Assembly (NCBI GenBank): GCA_945877175.1
Contig: CAMCRC010000001.1
Span: 18,734 to 82,733 of the forward strand
Direction of reading: 5' to 3'
Length of the DNA stretch: 64,000 nt
DNA from: Klebsiella pneumoniae
Lineage (GTDB): Bacteria > Pseudomonadota > Gammaproteobacteria > Pseudomonadales > Pseudohongiellaceae
The notes under the pieces were generated by a model. It had not been told where the DNA came from and did not search any database. It was given only the letters and a program-made list of their open reading frames with translations. The translations under genes and the position numbers were made by a program. This document shows, one piece after another, positions 36,167 through 46,812 of this stretch. The stretch's first letter is position 1; each line of letters starts with the position of its first letter.

Positions 36167-37663
36167 TTAGTCACTTGCACCTGAGAACTGCTGAAACTCC
36201 TTTTCAAGCAACTTGGACTCCTTGTTGGAAATGCCACCAAGCACCGTGATTGCATGCCGCAGTCTTGCACGTGTGATATCCAGACCAAGAATGCTGATGG
36301 AGTCCACTACGGAAGTGGACACCGATTTTCCAGAAATGGCCACGAACAGTGGAAACAGGAAATCACGGATCTTCAATGCCATGTGATTTGAAAGCAGCAA
36401 GCACACATTTTCAATTTCGTCTCTACTGAACTGTCTGATATTTTCGAACTGCCAGATAGTGAATTGCAGTATCCGTCTGATACTTTCAGTATCCAGTGAC
36501 TTGTGTGCGAAAGACGCACTGTCTATCGCTGGCAATCCTGCGAGGAAAAACCCTGCCAGTGGTTCCACATCTGTGAATTTGTCCACACGATCCTTGAGCA
36601 GAGGGACTATGCGTGCCACTTTTGACGGTTCAAATGCCCAGTCACGAAAAAGGGCCATGAACTCATTGTCGCTGACACGTTCTCGAAGGTACTTGCCGTT
36701 CAACCACGTCAACTTGTCTACGTCGAAAACCGGACCTCCAAGCGAAACCCGCGTGAGATCGAACTCCGCTGTCATCTCTTCAATAGAAAACATTTCTCGC
36801 CCATCAGGCATGGTCCATCCCATTTGACCAAGGTAGTTCACCAGAGCGCGTGGCAAGTATCCCATGTCGCGGTAATAACTGATGCTGGTAGGATTCTTGC
36901 GTTTGCTTAGTTTGCTTTTGTCGGGATTGCGCAGCAAAGGCATATGACAATAGGTCGGAGGTACCCATCCAAAATACTGATACAGCAGCAAATGCTTCGG
37001 GGTGGAGTTGATCCATTCTTCGCCGCGAATGACATGGCTTATTTCCATATGATGATCGTCAACCACATTGGCGAAATGATAGGTTGGAAGTCCATCGGAT
37101 TTGATCAGCACCTGCATGTCAATTTGTTGCCAGGCGATGCGAATTTCACCTCGAAGCATGTCTTGAAAAACGCAATCGCCCTCCTCTGGAATTCGCATGC
37201 GAATGACATGCTCCGTGCCAGCTGCAACATAAGCCGCAACCTGTTCCGGAGACAGGCTCAGGCAGTGGCCGTCGTAGCCTACGGCAGCCTTGTCCTGCAT
37301 CTGCTGCGCTCGCAATGAACTAAGGCGTTCAGACGTACAAAAACATCTGAATGCGTGTCCGCTGCTCAGAAGTGTCCTGATTTCTCTGGAATACAAATCG
37401 CTACGTTCACTTTGCCGGTATGGCCCGCAAGGGCCGCCAACGTCGGGGCCTTCGCTCCAGGTCAGCCCCAACCAGCGCAACGCAGCCAGAATATCGGCCT
37501 CTGACTTCGCAGTGCTGCGCACTTGATCGGTGTCTTCAATACGTAAAATGAACTCGCCAGCATGCTGGTGTGCGAAGCAGCGATTGAACAGGGCTATATA
37601 GGCTGTTCCTACATGTGGATCACCCGTGGGCGAAGGGGCAATTCGAGTTCTTACCTTGAGCAT
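36167..37663 (-). CDS. gltX: Glutamate--tRNA ligase
   Basis: It has the HIGH-type motif APSPTGDPHVGTA and the KMSKS-type motif KLSKRK. I prefer the ATG at 37663 (MLKVRTRIAPSPTG). The track's 67-codon N-terminal extension has no homology signal. Confidence 0.95.
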   Translation of the reverse strand: MLKVRTRIAPSPTGDPHVGTAYIALFNRCFAHQHAGEFILRIEDTDQVRSTAKSEADILAALRWLGLTWSEGPDVGGPCGPYRQSERSDLYSREIRTLLSSGHAFRCFCTSERLSSLRAQQMQDKAAVGYDGHCLSLSPEQVAAYVAAGTEHVIRMRIPEEGDCVFQDMLRGEIRIAWQQIDMQVLIKSDGLPTYHFANVVDDHHMEISHVIRGEEWINSTPKHLLLYQYFGWVPPTYCHMPLLRNPDKSKLSKRKNPTSISYYRDMGYLPRALVNYLGQMGWTMPDGREMFSIEEMTAEFDLTRVSLGGPVFDVDKLTWLNGKYLRERVSDNEFMALFRDWAFEPSKVARIVPLLKDRVDKFTDVEPLAGFFLAGLPAIDSASFAHKSLDTESIRRILQFTIWQFENIRQFSRDEIENVCLLLSNHMALKIRDFLFPLFVAISGKSVSTSVVDSISILGLDITRARLRHAITVLGGISNKESKLLEKEFQQFSGASD

Positions 37664-37798
37664 GTTGTGTCCGTAAAGAGTGATTGATTTGCAGATCTGC
37701 ACGTTGTCGATGCGTAATTGCAGATGATTATACGCTATCGTAATTGCGTGCAAACCATTAACATCATCAACATCGAATTCTCCTTCTAGTATTACAAC

Positions 37799-38812
37799 AT
37801 GCCACTTTCCCCCGACAGCCATCGCTTCTGCGTGGCGCCCATGCTGGATTGGACTGACCGTCACGAACGCTATTTTCTAAGACTGATAAGTCGTCACGCC
37901 CGCCTCTACACTGAAATGGTAACAACGGGTGCTCTGATGCATGGCGATGTCCGTCGACATCTTGCCTATGACTCTGCTGAACATCCGCTGGCACTGCAGC
38001 TTGGCGGTAGTGAGGTGGAGGACCTGGTTCGTTGTGCTCACATTGCCCGCGACTATGGCTATGATGAAATAAATCTCAACGTTGGCTGCCCAAGTGATCG
38101 TGTGCAAGCGGGTCGTTTCGGCGCCTGCCTTATGGCTGATGCAACGCTGGTCGCTGATTGTGTGCGAGCCATGAAGGATGCAGTCGATTTGCCCGTCACA
38201 GTCAAATGCCGCACTGGCATTGATCAGCACGACTCCGCTGCGTTTCTTGCAGATTTTGTCTCAGCGATTGCCGATGCAGGATGCGATTTGCTGATTATTC
38301 ATGCGCGGATCGCAATTCTCAATGGGCTGAGTCCCAAGGAGAATCGCGAGATTCCTCCTTTGAACTATGAGCGTGTTTACATGATGAAAGAGCGCTTTCC
38401 TCAATTGAAAATCATCCTCAATGGCGGAGTCAAAAGTATAGATGACGCAATGCAGATTCTTGCGCATGTCGATGGCGTCATGATGGGGCGGGAGGCTTAT
38501 CACAATCCTTGGACACTGCATAGTGTGGATGAATTGCTTTTCGGAGAACCACCAAACACGTATTCCAGAATTGACACAGTCAGAGATTACCTTCCCTATG
38601 TTTCCAGGCAATTGTCGGATGGAACACCGTTGCAGCACATGACTCGTCATATTCTTGGGTTATTCCATGGTGTACCAGGAGGAAAAGCCTTCAGAAGACA
38701 TCTCAGCGAGAACGCCTTTCGCCGCAATGCCGGTCTTTCCGTTCTGGAAGATGCCGTCGCGAAAGTTGAGGACTTTTCCAGCATTGCAAACAGAGAGGAC
38801 CAGACAGCATGA
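37799..38812 (+). CDS. dusA: tRNA-dihydrouridine(20/20a) synthase
   Basis: It contains FCVAPMLDWTDRHERYFLRL, typical of DusA, plus a TIM-barrel FMN fold and the catalytic Cys in NLNVGCP. Confidence 0.92.
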   Translation: MPLSPDSHRFCVAPMLDWTDRHERYFLRLISRHARLYTEMVTTGALMHGDVRRHLAYDSAEHPLALQLGGSEVEDLVRCAHIARDYGYDEINLNVGCPSDRVQAGRFGACLMADATLVADCVRAMKDAVDLPVTVKCRTGIDQHDSAAFLADFVSAIADAGCDLLIIHARIAILNGLSPKENREIPPLNYERVYMMKERFPQLKIILNGGVKSIDDAMQILAHVDGVMMGREAYHNPWTLHSVDELLFGEPPNTYSRIDTVRDYLPYVSRQLSDGTPLQHMTRHILGLFHGVPGGKAFRRHLSENAFRRNAGLSVLEDAVAKVEDFSSIANREDQTA

Positions 38813-39312
38813 TTTCGAATATAAGGAAATTCTTCGAAAAAAATCTGCATCTCGATAGCAACACCAGCGTTGCAGAAAAAAGTGCTCGGTTGCCGCTGGC
38901 AACTGCCGCCTTGATGTTTGAACTGTTGAAGACGGATCAGCTGGTAGACGAACGCGAAATCGAGACATTGATACAGGTCCTTCGAAGGACCTTCAAACTT
39001 GACGAAAAGAAGTTGCAGGAGGTCATCGCACTGGCAGAGGGAGAGGCACGACGCGCTACATCTCTTTACGAATTCACCAGTCTGATAAATGCAGACTACA
39101 GTTACGCAGAGCGCGTAGAACTGGTGGAGAGTCTTTGGGAAGTGGCGTACGCAGACCAGCACCTGGATCGCTACGAAGACCATTTGGTTCGCAAGGTTGC
39201 AGATCTGATTCATGTCAGGCACAGCGACTTCATTCGCACGAAGCTGGAGGTCAGGTCACGAATTGATATCCGTGCAGATTCGATTCTTCAAAATTCTTCG
39301 AAGTCGTCGTAG
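38809..39312 (+). CDS. TerB-family (tellurite-resistance TerB / DjlA N-domain-like) protein
   Basis: 167 aa helical protein with paired acidic motifs (VDEREIETL ... ADQHLDRYEDHLVRKVADLI). Its ATG overlaps the dusA stop (ATGA). Confidence 0.65.
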   Translation: MISNIRKFFEKNLHLDSNTSVAEKSARLPLATAALMFELLKTDQLVDEREIETLIQVLRRTFKLDEKKLQEVIALAEGEARRATSLYEFTSLINADYSYAERVELVESLWEVAYADQHLDRYEDHLVRKVADLIHVRHSDFIRTKLEVRSRIDIRADSILQNSSKSS

Positions 39313-39992
39313 TAAGCCCCGTCATTGACGAGATACTCACGTTGTTGCAGGTAGGCTTCGCGGAGAAAAATATACTCATCGCCGGAAATTAGATTCTCCA
39401 TTGAGAGTACAGAGGCGCGATTATCAAGCTCCTTGAGCGCAGTCAGAGTGTGTCTTGTTGAGTCATCATTGTGATACTGGATTGGGTTGAAGAGGGTGTC
39501 CAGCACCATGCCAAACGAGTCGCGCAAGGAACTCGGGCCGAACAACGGCAAAACCACATAGGGACCAGCGCCAATTCCCCATCGCCCAAATGTCTGGCCA
39601 AAATCCTCTTCGTTCTTGGCAAGTCCCACGGAGGATGCCACGTCAATGACTCCGCCAATTCCGACCGTGGTGTTGATCAGCAATCTTCCGGAGTCGGACG
39701 CGGCATCCTGCAGTTTCATCTGAAGGACATTGTTCGCCAGCACATTGACGTCATCGATATTGCTGAAGAAATTGCCTATGCCTTGACGAACAATCGTAGG
39801 CACGCCGTTGTTGTAGACGATTGCGACGGGACGCAGCAGCCAGCCATCAAAAAACTTGTTGAAGGCAAAAATGTTTAAATTCGCAGATTCCCATGGATCG
39901 TTGGCAAAAGCCTGGCTGCTGCACAGGAGCAGTGCACCTAGCATAACCGAGTGACCGGCACTGACTACTGAATTCACTTTCATTGTGTCCAC
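39288..39992 (-). CDS. mlaA: MlaA/VacJ family outer-membrane lipoprotein
   Basis: It has a signal peptide and the VacJ core (NLNIFAFNKFFDGWLLRPVA...GIGNFFSN...TTVGIGGVIDVA...GPYVVLPLFGPSSLRD). Confidence 0.88.
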   Translation of the reverse strand: MDTMKVNSVVSAGHSVMLGALLLCSSQAFANDPWESANLNIFAFNKFFDGWLLRPVAIVYNNGVPTIVRQGIGNFFSNIDDVNVLANNVLQMKLQDAASDSGRLLINTTVGIGGVIDVASSVGLAKNEEDFGQTFGRWGIGAGPYVVLPLFGPSSLRDSFGMVLDTLFNPIQYHNDDSTRHTLTALKELDNRASVLSMENLISGDEYIFLREAYLQQREYLVNDGAYYDDFEEF

Positions 39993-40224
39993 GAATCAAA
40001 TCGGCGCGCATTATGCGCCATGACTACGGTAGTTCCTAGCTTGCAGCTCATATTATCCCGATTACGAGTGCAGGTGTCCCCCCCTGAAATGGGGAAATAC
40101 TCAAAAAGACTTGCCGCCGACATTTTGCAGTTCGCGTATCGTTATTCGGCGCAGATAGCCAAAGTCTGGGTATCTGGAACTCCATGTGCAGGAAATGCTC
40201 AAGAATCTGTACTTTTCCAAAGCG

Positions 40225-43200
40225 TCAATGGGTTGCTCGCTCCAGCTCCTCGAGTCTTTTCACTATGCGCTTTTCCGATATGGGCACTTTGGTTCCCAAA
40301 GTCTGCGCGAACAGCGAAACACGCAGCTCTTCAATGAGCCACCGGGTATCGTCCAGCGCTGATTCTCGCTCGTCACAGTGAGCAAGTACTGTGCGGCGTC
40401 GCGCTTCCAGGGAATTGAGCAGATGCTGATTTTCCTTGTCCTTCGGCAATTGTCCGGAGAGCTTGTCCAGGCGCAGCTGTATTGCGCGCAGGTACCGAGG
40501 CAGCTCCTGCAACCAGGGGCCCGGCGTTCTGGAAAGATAGCCGGCGGACATCAATCCCAGCAATTGCTGCCTGATGTCCTGGACGACGTATTCCAGATGC
40601 TTGCCGATCACTGTGCCAAGCCTTCGTTGAACATCGAAGTGCATATCCACAATGCGTCGGACAAGCGCCTCAAACTTCTCGGTAGCTGCTATCAAACGGG
40701 GCTTTCCCTGCATCAGAAGTTCCTCGAACGCATCCTTGCTGCGGGGAATGGCGCAGTCATCCAGGTTGAATGCCTGGCGGAATATGAGTGTCAGCCCCTC
40801 TTTTTGAATCTCTTCAGGCGTATGTAGCGCCAGCACTGTCAGCCTGGCTGAAACAGACTTGAGTCGAGACTGAATAAGAGATCTCTGTTGTGCGCTTCGC
40901 AATATCACGAGACGACACAGGCCCTGCCGAGTCAATTGCTCAGCAATTGTGCCGTCTTCCTGCAGGAGCAATGCAGCAGAATCGCCTTTGTCTACCAAGG
41001 CAGGGTAACGCTGAAGACCGGTAGCAGGATTGACAGTGACGATCTTGGGCAACTCACCAAAAGTCCAGTCTTTTATATGCTCTCGTTCCAAGGAATGTGC
41101 GGACTCTTGCGGTATCTGCAAAACAGCAGTTCGAGCAAATTGCTTGTGCAACTGGGGCAGCGACTGGCTACGGGCGATCTCTTTTCCGGCGTCATCGAGT
41201 ACACGAACCCAGGGCTGCAGATGCACAGGAAGCAAGATGGTCTCCAGAATACCCTCCTCCAGCCTGATCCCTCGTGAGCGGCGCGCATAGTCTCGAAGGT
41301 GTTCGCGCAAGCCTGGAGGTTCAGCAGCCACGGGCAAAGCCTCCTGCCATGCCAGGAAGCCTTCAATGAAGTCGGGAAGAGGCACAAACAGTTTGCGCAA
41401 ATGTTTGGGCAGATTCTTCATCAGGAATACACTTCGCTCCTGCAAGGTACCAGGAACAGCCCAGTCGAGATTGCTCTGCTTCAGCATGGGCAGCACTTCC
41501 AGCGGCACATCGATAGTAGCGCCATCGAGATCCTCGCCAGGCTCGAAGAGATAATCAATGCGCAGAAAATTGCTTTTTACAGCTAAAGCGTCTGGGAAAT
41601 CGAGTCGCAATTTTTCTGTCACTTCCGCGCTCATCAGATTTTCTCGCCCAAGCTCCAAGCCTGTACTGCCTGATTTGAGCTTTTGCTGTCGCGCCCACGA
41701 TTCCAGTGCACGAGTGTCACAGATACCGGGAGGAATCTTGCTCGCAAAGAAGTCATAGATTCTTTCCTCGCTCACAATGCTTTCCGGTCGGCGAAGTTTT
41801 TCCTCCTCCTTGCGAATACTCTCGAGCAAGGCTGCATTGTGCTGATAGAACGGAGCGCGCGTTTCCAGCTGCATCGCTGCAAGTCCTTCTCGAATGAAGA
41901 TTTCGCGACTGGCTACAGGATCGATACTGGAATATGACACTCGTTTACGCTCTATCAAGGTAAGTCCGAACAGACTGATCCTGTCAAAGGCCATAACCTG
42001 CCCTCTGCTCTTCTCCCAGTGGGGCTCCGAGTACTCGTGGCGCAGCAAGCCAACAGCAGCATCCAACACCCATTCCGGTTGAATGGAGCCAGCCTGTGTT
42101 GCATACAGTCGACTGGTTTCCATGAGCTCGGCTGTGACGAGCCATTTGGGCATCTTGCGTGCCAATGTTGATGTGGGGAAAATTGAGAACTTGCGACTGC
42201 GGCTTCCGAGGTAAAGAGCGTCCTCTGTTTTCATTCCCAGCTGATTCAGTGATCCACGTATTATTGCTCGATGCACTGCTTCGTAATTGATGTCCTCGGG
42301 CTTGAAGATGGTATCGGCACGACGATTCTCTCTAAAACCAAGCTGATGGCTCATCAGATGCAATTGGCGATGCGTCTCCCGCCATTCACGCATGCGCATG
42401 TGAGATAGAAAATGCTTGCGGCAGAATTCTTTCAGCCCTGAATTGGTCAATGCCTGGCGCTGCTTTTCGTACTCGGACCACAGCAAAATCCATGACAGAA
42501 AATCGGATTCCTTGTGCGCAAACAACACATGCTTTTCCCTGGCAGCCTGCTTCTTGTCGGCTGGAAATTCCCGGGGGTCCTGAACACTGAGGGCACTGAC
42601 TATGATCAGTACTTCCTGCAGGCAATTGCGCGACTCAGCCTCGATCAACATTCTGCCCAGGCGAGGGTCCACAGGCAGTGCAGCAAGCAGGCGCCCTGTT
42701 GAAGTAATTCGCCGTTGTTCGTCCAGCGCGCCGAGCTCTTGCAGTAATTTGAGCCCATCATTCACTGATCTTCTATCAGGCTTGTCCAGAAACGGGAACG
42801 CTTCAATGTCACCCAGGCCAAGAGCGAGCATTTGCAGAATGACGGCACTCAGATTGGTGCGCTGAATCTCCGGCTCGGTGAAGAGTGGTCGAGAAGTAAA
42901 GTCATCCGAATCGTAAAGTCGAAAACACGTGCCGTGCCCTACTCGCCCGCAGCGCCCTGCGCGTTGATTGGCACTTGCCTGTGACACTCGCTCAATTGGA
43001 AGTCGCTGCACCTTGCTCTGCACACTGTAGCGACTGATGCGAGCAAGACCAGTATCGATGACATAGGCAATACCTGGCACTGTAATGGATGTTTCAGCCA
43101 CATTCGTTGCGAGCACAACTTTGCGCCCCTTCATTGGCAGAAAAATCTTTTGTTGCTCGGCTGGTGTCAAGCGAGCATAGAGGGGCAGAATCTCGGTGTG

Positions 43201-44148
43201 ACGCAGATCGGACTTTCGAAGCGCCATCGCCACATCACGAATCTCACGCTCCCCGCTCAGGAATACCAGGACATCCCGCAACGCTGGTCGCTGCGACTTC
43301 TCCAAGGCTTCAATCTCCCGCAATGCATCAATGATGCCCTGCAATAGCGGCTCTTCACTCTGTTCTGTGCCCTCTTCCACAGGTCGATACAGAATATCCA
43401 CCGGATAGGTCCGTCCGGCCACGGCGACGATGGGGGCAATGTCAAAATGAGCAGAAAATTTCTCCACATCGATTGTTGCGGACGTGATGATGACTTTGAG
43501 GTCTGGCCTTTTCACCAGCAATTGGGACAGGTAACCGAGAATGAAGTCAATATTCAGGCTGCGCTCGTGCGCTTCGTCAATGATCAGGACTTCGTATTTG
43601 TTGAGATAGCGATCCTGTTGAATCTCCGCTAACAGAATGCCGTCTGTCATCAGTTTGATGAGCGTGTCGGCACTGGTGCTGTCGGAAAAGCGCACCTGAT
43701 AACCAACGACACCGCCCAAAGGAACGGCCAGCTCCTCTGCAATGCGTGTCGCTACGGCGCGGGCTGCAAGTCGACGCGGCTGGGTGTGTCCGATCAGCCC
43801 CCGAATCCCGAGCCCCAGTTCAAGACAGATCTTGGGTAGCTGTGTTGTCTTGCCAGAGCCGGTATCGCCAGCAATCACCACGACCTGATGATCACGAATG
43901 GCAGCGGCTATATCCTCCCGCCGCTCTGACACCGGCAGGTTCTCGGGATAGGAGATGCGAGGCAACAACTGGCGACGGTCGGCGATCTGAGCGGCGCAAT
44001 GCTGCAATCGCTCCTTCAGTCTGGCCAACAGAATTTGGCCTTCGTCAGAATCGGCACGCGCACGTTGAACTTGTCGCAGCAAAGTCTGCAGTGCATGGCG
44101 ATCGCGCGTAGCACAGGCCTGTATCTGTGTCTGGAAGGTGTCCTGCAA
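40225..44148 (-). CDS. hrpA: ATP-dependent RNA helicase HrpA (DEAH-box)
   Basis: 1307 aa with GDTGSGKTTQLP, IIDEAHERS (DEAH) and QRAGRCGR, plus HA2/OB domains and the long HrpA C-terminal extension. Confidence 0.95.
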   Translation of the reverse strand: MQDTFQTQIQACATRDRHALQTLLRQVQRARADSDEGQILLARLKERLQHCAAQIADRRQLLPRISYPENLPVSERREDIAAAIRDHQVVVIAGDTGSGKTTQLPKICLELGLGIRGLIGHTQPRRLAARAVATRIAEELAVPLGGVVGYQVRFSDSTSADTLIKLMTDGILLAEIQQDRYLNKYEVLIIDEAHERSLNIDFILGYLSQLLVKRPDLKVIITSATIDVEKFSAHFDIAPIVAVAGRTYPVDILYRPVEEGTEQSEEPLLQGIIDALREIEALEKSQRPALRDVLVFLSGEREIRDVAMALRKSDLRHTEILPLYARLTPAEQQKIFLPMKGRKVVLATNVAETSITVPGIAYVIDTGLARISRYSVQSKVQRLPIERVSQASANQRAGRCGRVGHGTCFRLYDSDDFTSRPLFTEPEIQRTNLSAVILQMLALGLGDIEAFPFLDKPDRRSVNDGLKLLQELGALDEQRRITSTGRLLAALPVDPRLGRMLIEAESRNCLQEVLIIVSALSVQDPREFPADKKQAAREKHVLFAHKESDFLSWILLWSEYEKQRQALTNSGLKEFCRKHFLSHMRMREWRETHRQLHLMSHQLGFRENRRADTIFKPEDINYEAVHRAIIRGSLNQLGMKTEDALYLGSRSRKFSIFPTSTLARKMPKWLVTAELMETSRLYATQAGSIQPEWVLDAAVGLLRHEYSEPHWEKSRGQVMAFDRISLFGLTLIERKRVSYSSIDPVASREIFIREGLAAMQLETRAPFYQHNAALLESIRKEEEKLRRPESIVSEERIYDFFASKIPPGICDTRALESWARQQKLKSGSTGLELGRENLMSAEVTEKLRLDFPDALAVKSNFLRIDYLFEPGEDLDGATIDVPLEVLPMLKQSNLDWAVPGTLQERSVFLMKNLPKHLRKLFVPLPDFIEGFLAWQEALPVAAEPPGLREHLRDYARRSRGIRLEEGILETILLPVHLQPWVRVLDDAGKEIARSQSLPQLHKQFARTAVLQIPQESAHSLEREHIKDWTFGELPKIVTVNPATGLQRYPALVDKGDSAALLLQEDGTIAEQLTRQGLCRLVILRSAQQRSLIQSRLKSVSARLTVLALHTPEEIQKEGLTLIFRQAFNLDDCAIPRSKDAFEELLMQGKPRLIAATEKFEALVRRIVDMHFDVQRRLGTVIGKHLEYVVQDIRQQLLGLMSAGYLSRTPGPWLQELPRYLRAIQLRLDKLSGQLPKDKENQHLLNSLEARRRTVLAHCDERESALDDTRWLIEELRVSLFAQTLGTKVPISEKRIVKRLEELERATH

Positions 44149-44190
44149 GTGCGTGGTTTCCCTGCGTCCTGGTGAACTGTCGTTCTCTGG

Positions 44191-45885
44191 TTACTGACTG
44201 CCGTGGCTGTTGAAGCGCGCCAGTTCCTGCTCCCGCAATTCGCGTCGCAAAATTTTGCCAACATTGGACTTCGGCAGATCCTTGACGAACACGATTTCTC
44301 TGGGAACCTTGTATGCAGTGAGATTCTCGCGGCAATAGGCCTTCATGTTCTCTGCATCCAGAGCCGGGTCACGTGGCACTATGAACAGCTTGACAGCCTC
44401 TCCACTGCGCTCACTTGGTATACCGATGACCGCAGATTCGAAAACACCCGGGTGGGCATTGATCAGCTCTTCCACCTCACTGGGAAATACATTGAATCCG
44501 GAGACTATGATCATGTCCTTCTTGCGATCGACAATGCTCACGTAACCATCTGAATCGATGGTTGCATAGTCTCCGGTCTTGAACCAACCGTCTGAAGTGA
44601 TGGCGTCGGCTGTGGCTTCCGGGTTCTGCCAATAGCCTTTCATGACTTGCGGGCCGCGAACCCACAGCTCACCCTTGTCACCAACGCCACCCACCACACC
44701 TGCATCATCCACAACCTGCAGCTGAGTATCAGGCACAGCTGGGCCAACGGTCCCAAGCCTCACCTGGCCGGGCCTGTTGACCGTGACTACCGGTGAACAT
44801 TCAGTGAGTCCATACCCTTCAAAGACTTCACAGTTGGTTATTCGAGTCCATTCTCGCGCCACGTTCACAGTCAAAGCCATACCGCCGGCACCAGCAAAGC
44901 GCATGTCGCTGAAGTCCACCTTCCCTATGTCCTTGTGGCGGCACAACGCCAGATACAAGGTATTGATGCCGACAAAGCCATTGGCGCGCGCCTTGCGCAT
45001 GACTTTTATCAAGCCATCAATGTCACGGGGGTTGGGAATCAGCACTGAATGATTGCCCGCCAGAATCATGGTCAGGCAGTGAAACATGAACGCATACGTG
45101 TGGTAGAGCGGCAAAGGCCCGATGATGGAATCGCTGCCATCCTTGATGACCGAAATGCTCACAGCCCGCAGCTGCATCATATTGGCCAGTAAATTGGCAT
45201 GAGTCAGCATCGCGCCTTTGGCAACGCCTGTAGTACCGCCTGTATAAAGAATAATTGCCGTATCTGTCCCAGACTCCCTGCTGGCGACTGGCTTCTCTGC
45301 CCCTCGTCCCTTAACAATTCCACGCCAGCTAATCGCAGATGGCAGAGCATATCTGGGTACCAGCTTTTTGACGTAACGCAATGCGAAATTAATTGCGATT
45401 CTGTTCAGCCGTGGAAGCATGTCACCCAGTTCCGTGACAACAATCACACGAATGTCCGTTTCAGGAAGAACCTGCTCCAGTTTGTCGCAAAAATTGGCGA
45501 GTATCACAATGGCCTTTACGCCAGAGTCTTTGAATTGATGAGACATCTCACGAGCGGTATAAAGCGGGTTGGTGTTTACGAGCACAAGACCCGCTTTCAT
45601 GGCTCCCAGCGCTGCAATCGGGAATTGCAGGATATTGGGCAACTGAATGGCGATACGGTCACCCGCCGAAAGCGCAGACTGGCCCATCAGAAATTCGCAA
45701 AACTGATCGCTGAAACGTTGGAGGTCCTCGTAGGAAATCGTATGTCCCAATGCTGTAAAGGCTGGACGATCTCCATATGTTCGAAATGCGTGTTCGTAAA
45801 TTTCCGGAACACGTGAGAACCGAGCCGGATCCAGGTCTCCTGTCAATTCACTCGTCTTGGCTTCTGACATCGTCGCTCTCTCCAA
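44191..45885 (-). CDS. fadD: Long-chain-fatty-acid--CoA ligase
   Basis: It has the AMP-binding signature ILYTGGTTGVAKGAMLTHANL and the FadD-like C-terminus GWFKTGD...SGFNVFPSEVE...GKILRREL. The start could be at 45885 or 45870. Confidence 0.88.
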   Translation of the reverse strand: MERATMSEAKTSELTGDLDPARFSRVPEIYEHAFRTYGDRPAFTALGHTISYEDLQRFSDQFCEFLMGQSALSAGDRIAIQLPNILQFPIAALGAMKAGLVLVNTNPLYTAREMSHQFKDSGVKAIVILANFCDKLEQVLPETDIRVIVVTELGDMLPRLNRIAINFALRYVKKLVPRYALPSAISWRGIVKGRGAEKPVASRESGTDTAIILYTGGTTGVAKGAMLTHANLLANMMQLRAVSISVIKDGSDSIIGPLPLYHTYAFMFHCLTMILAGNHSVLIPNPRDIDGLIKVMRKARANGFVGINTLYLALCRHKDIGKVDFSDMRFAGAGGMALTVNVAREWTRITNCEVFEGYGLTECSPVVTVNRPGQVRLGTVGPAVPDTQLQVVDDAGVVGGVGDKGELWVRGPQVMKGYWQNPEATADAITSDGWFKTGDYATIDSDGYVSIVDRKKDMIIVSGFNVFPSEVEELINAHPGVFESAVIGIPSERSGEAVKLFIVPRDPALDAENMKAYCRENLTAYKVPREIVFVKDLPKSNVGKILRRELREQELARFNSHGSQ

Positions 45886-45991
45886 GTGTCGGTCTTGCCC
45901 TTGTTTCTTGAATTATTTGATCAATCTGGCTGCACTGTGAATCACACTCGCATTTCATGAAGTATCTACGCTTGCTGGTTGAGGTTGGTTC

Positions 45992-46357
45992 TCACCCTGG
46001 CTTGGCATCAGACTTCTGAAAAAAGTATCTCAGCATGCGCTTGAACAACCGCATGAAGAGAGCAACAAAGACTGCAGCTGCAACTGACATACTCAGTGGC
46101 ACCAGCGCCCTTACGAAGCTGGTTCCGCCCACCGTCACCATGTCCAGCAAGATGACAATAAGTGCCGGTGCCAGCAGGTCACTGCCGGGGCTTACATACC
46201 ATGGAGTGAACATCAGCGCCAGTAGGATGGCTCGCAATGTATTTGCCAGAGGTTTGAAACTGAGCATTCCGGTAAATCGATAAAAAATCATGTAGCACAG
46301 GGTGCCACAGGCAATGTAAACAGCCCAGCCGACTACATAATCATAGATGTCTAGCAT
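45992..46357 (-). CDS. Small integral membrane protein, function unknown
   Basis: 121 aa with 3-4 predicted TM helices and a basic C-terminus. Its ATG at 46357 overlaps the ycgN stop by 7 nt. I recognise no family. Confidence 0.55.
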   Translation of the reverse strand: MLDIYDYVVGWAVYIACGTLCYMIFYRFTGMLSFKPLANTLRAILLALMFTPWYVSPGSDLLAPALIVILLDMVTVGGTSFVRALVPLSMSVAAAVFVALFMRLFKRMLRYFFQKSDAKPG

Positions 46358-46812
46358 GCCGCGCTCACCCAACGAATAATATGTTCTTCCAGTCCCTTTT
46401 CATGCACGTATTCTTCAGATATGACCTTGTTTGTCACCGTAATCTGCTGGCGTTTCATCGCTTCTCTGTCGCCACTGACAAGCGGATGCCAGTCAGGTAG
46501 TGCTTTGCCTTCATAGCGCAACCGATAGGCGCAAGTATCGGGGATCCAATGCAATAAAGGTAGATTATGCAAGTCGAGTACGAGACAGTCAGGAACCAGG
46601 ATCTGACGGCGCTCGTAGGACTGACAGCGGCATTTGTCCTGATCCAGATAACGGCAGACTACGCGCGTATAGTGCACCTGTTCATTGCGACTGTTGATCA
46701 ACTTCTTCAGGCAACAACGCCCACAGCCGTCACACAAAGCCTCCCACTCTTCTCTGTTGAGTAAATCGAGAGGCTTTTCCCAGAAATTTTCAGTCACTGT
46801 CATCGCACTCAC
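46351..46812 (-). CDS. ycgN: YcgN/UPF0260 cysteine-cluster protein
   Basis: It contains WEALCDGCGRCCLKKL...VVCRYLDQDKCRCQSY, typical of UPF0260 YcgN. It overlaps rnd by 4 nt. Confidence 0.85.
   Translation of the reverse strand: MSAMTVTENFWEKPLDLLNREEWEALCDGCGRCCLKKLINSRNEQVHYTRVVCRYLDQDKCRCQSYERRQILVPDCLVLDLHNLPLLHWIPDTCAYRLRYEGKALPDWHPLVSGDREAMKRQQITVTNKVISEEYVHEKGLEEHIIRWVSAAC

Noticed and set aside
36167-37864. N-terminal extensions of track ORFs. These include gltX +67 codons, the DUF411 gene to 3674, the TtpC-like gene to 22215, pabC to 7432, yadG to 55666, nfuA to 58087, ybaB to 48969 and argS from 13903.
   Set aside because: The extensions overlap neighbouring genes or promoters and lack homology-like sequence. 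Internal starts give family-typical N-termini, usually with an RBS or start/stop coupling.
37799-38812. dusA as a known integration hotspot for integrative elements.
   Set aside because: The dusA 5' end is intact (MPLSPDSHRFCVAPMLDWTDRHERYF) and directly abuts the gltX divergent promoter. There is no integrase or duplicated dusA 5' segment.
45886-45991. A FadR operator upstream of fadD (aatctggctgcactgtgaa).
   Set aside because: It matches the first 6 positions (ANCTGG) of the ANCTGGTCNGACNTGTT consensus, but the second half diverges. The match is too weak to call.
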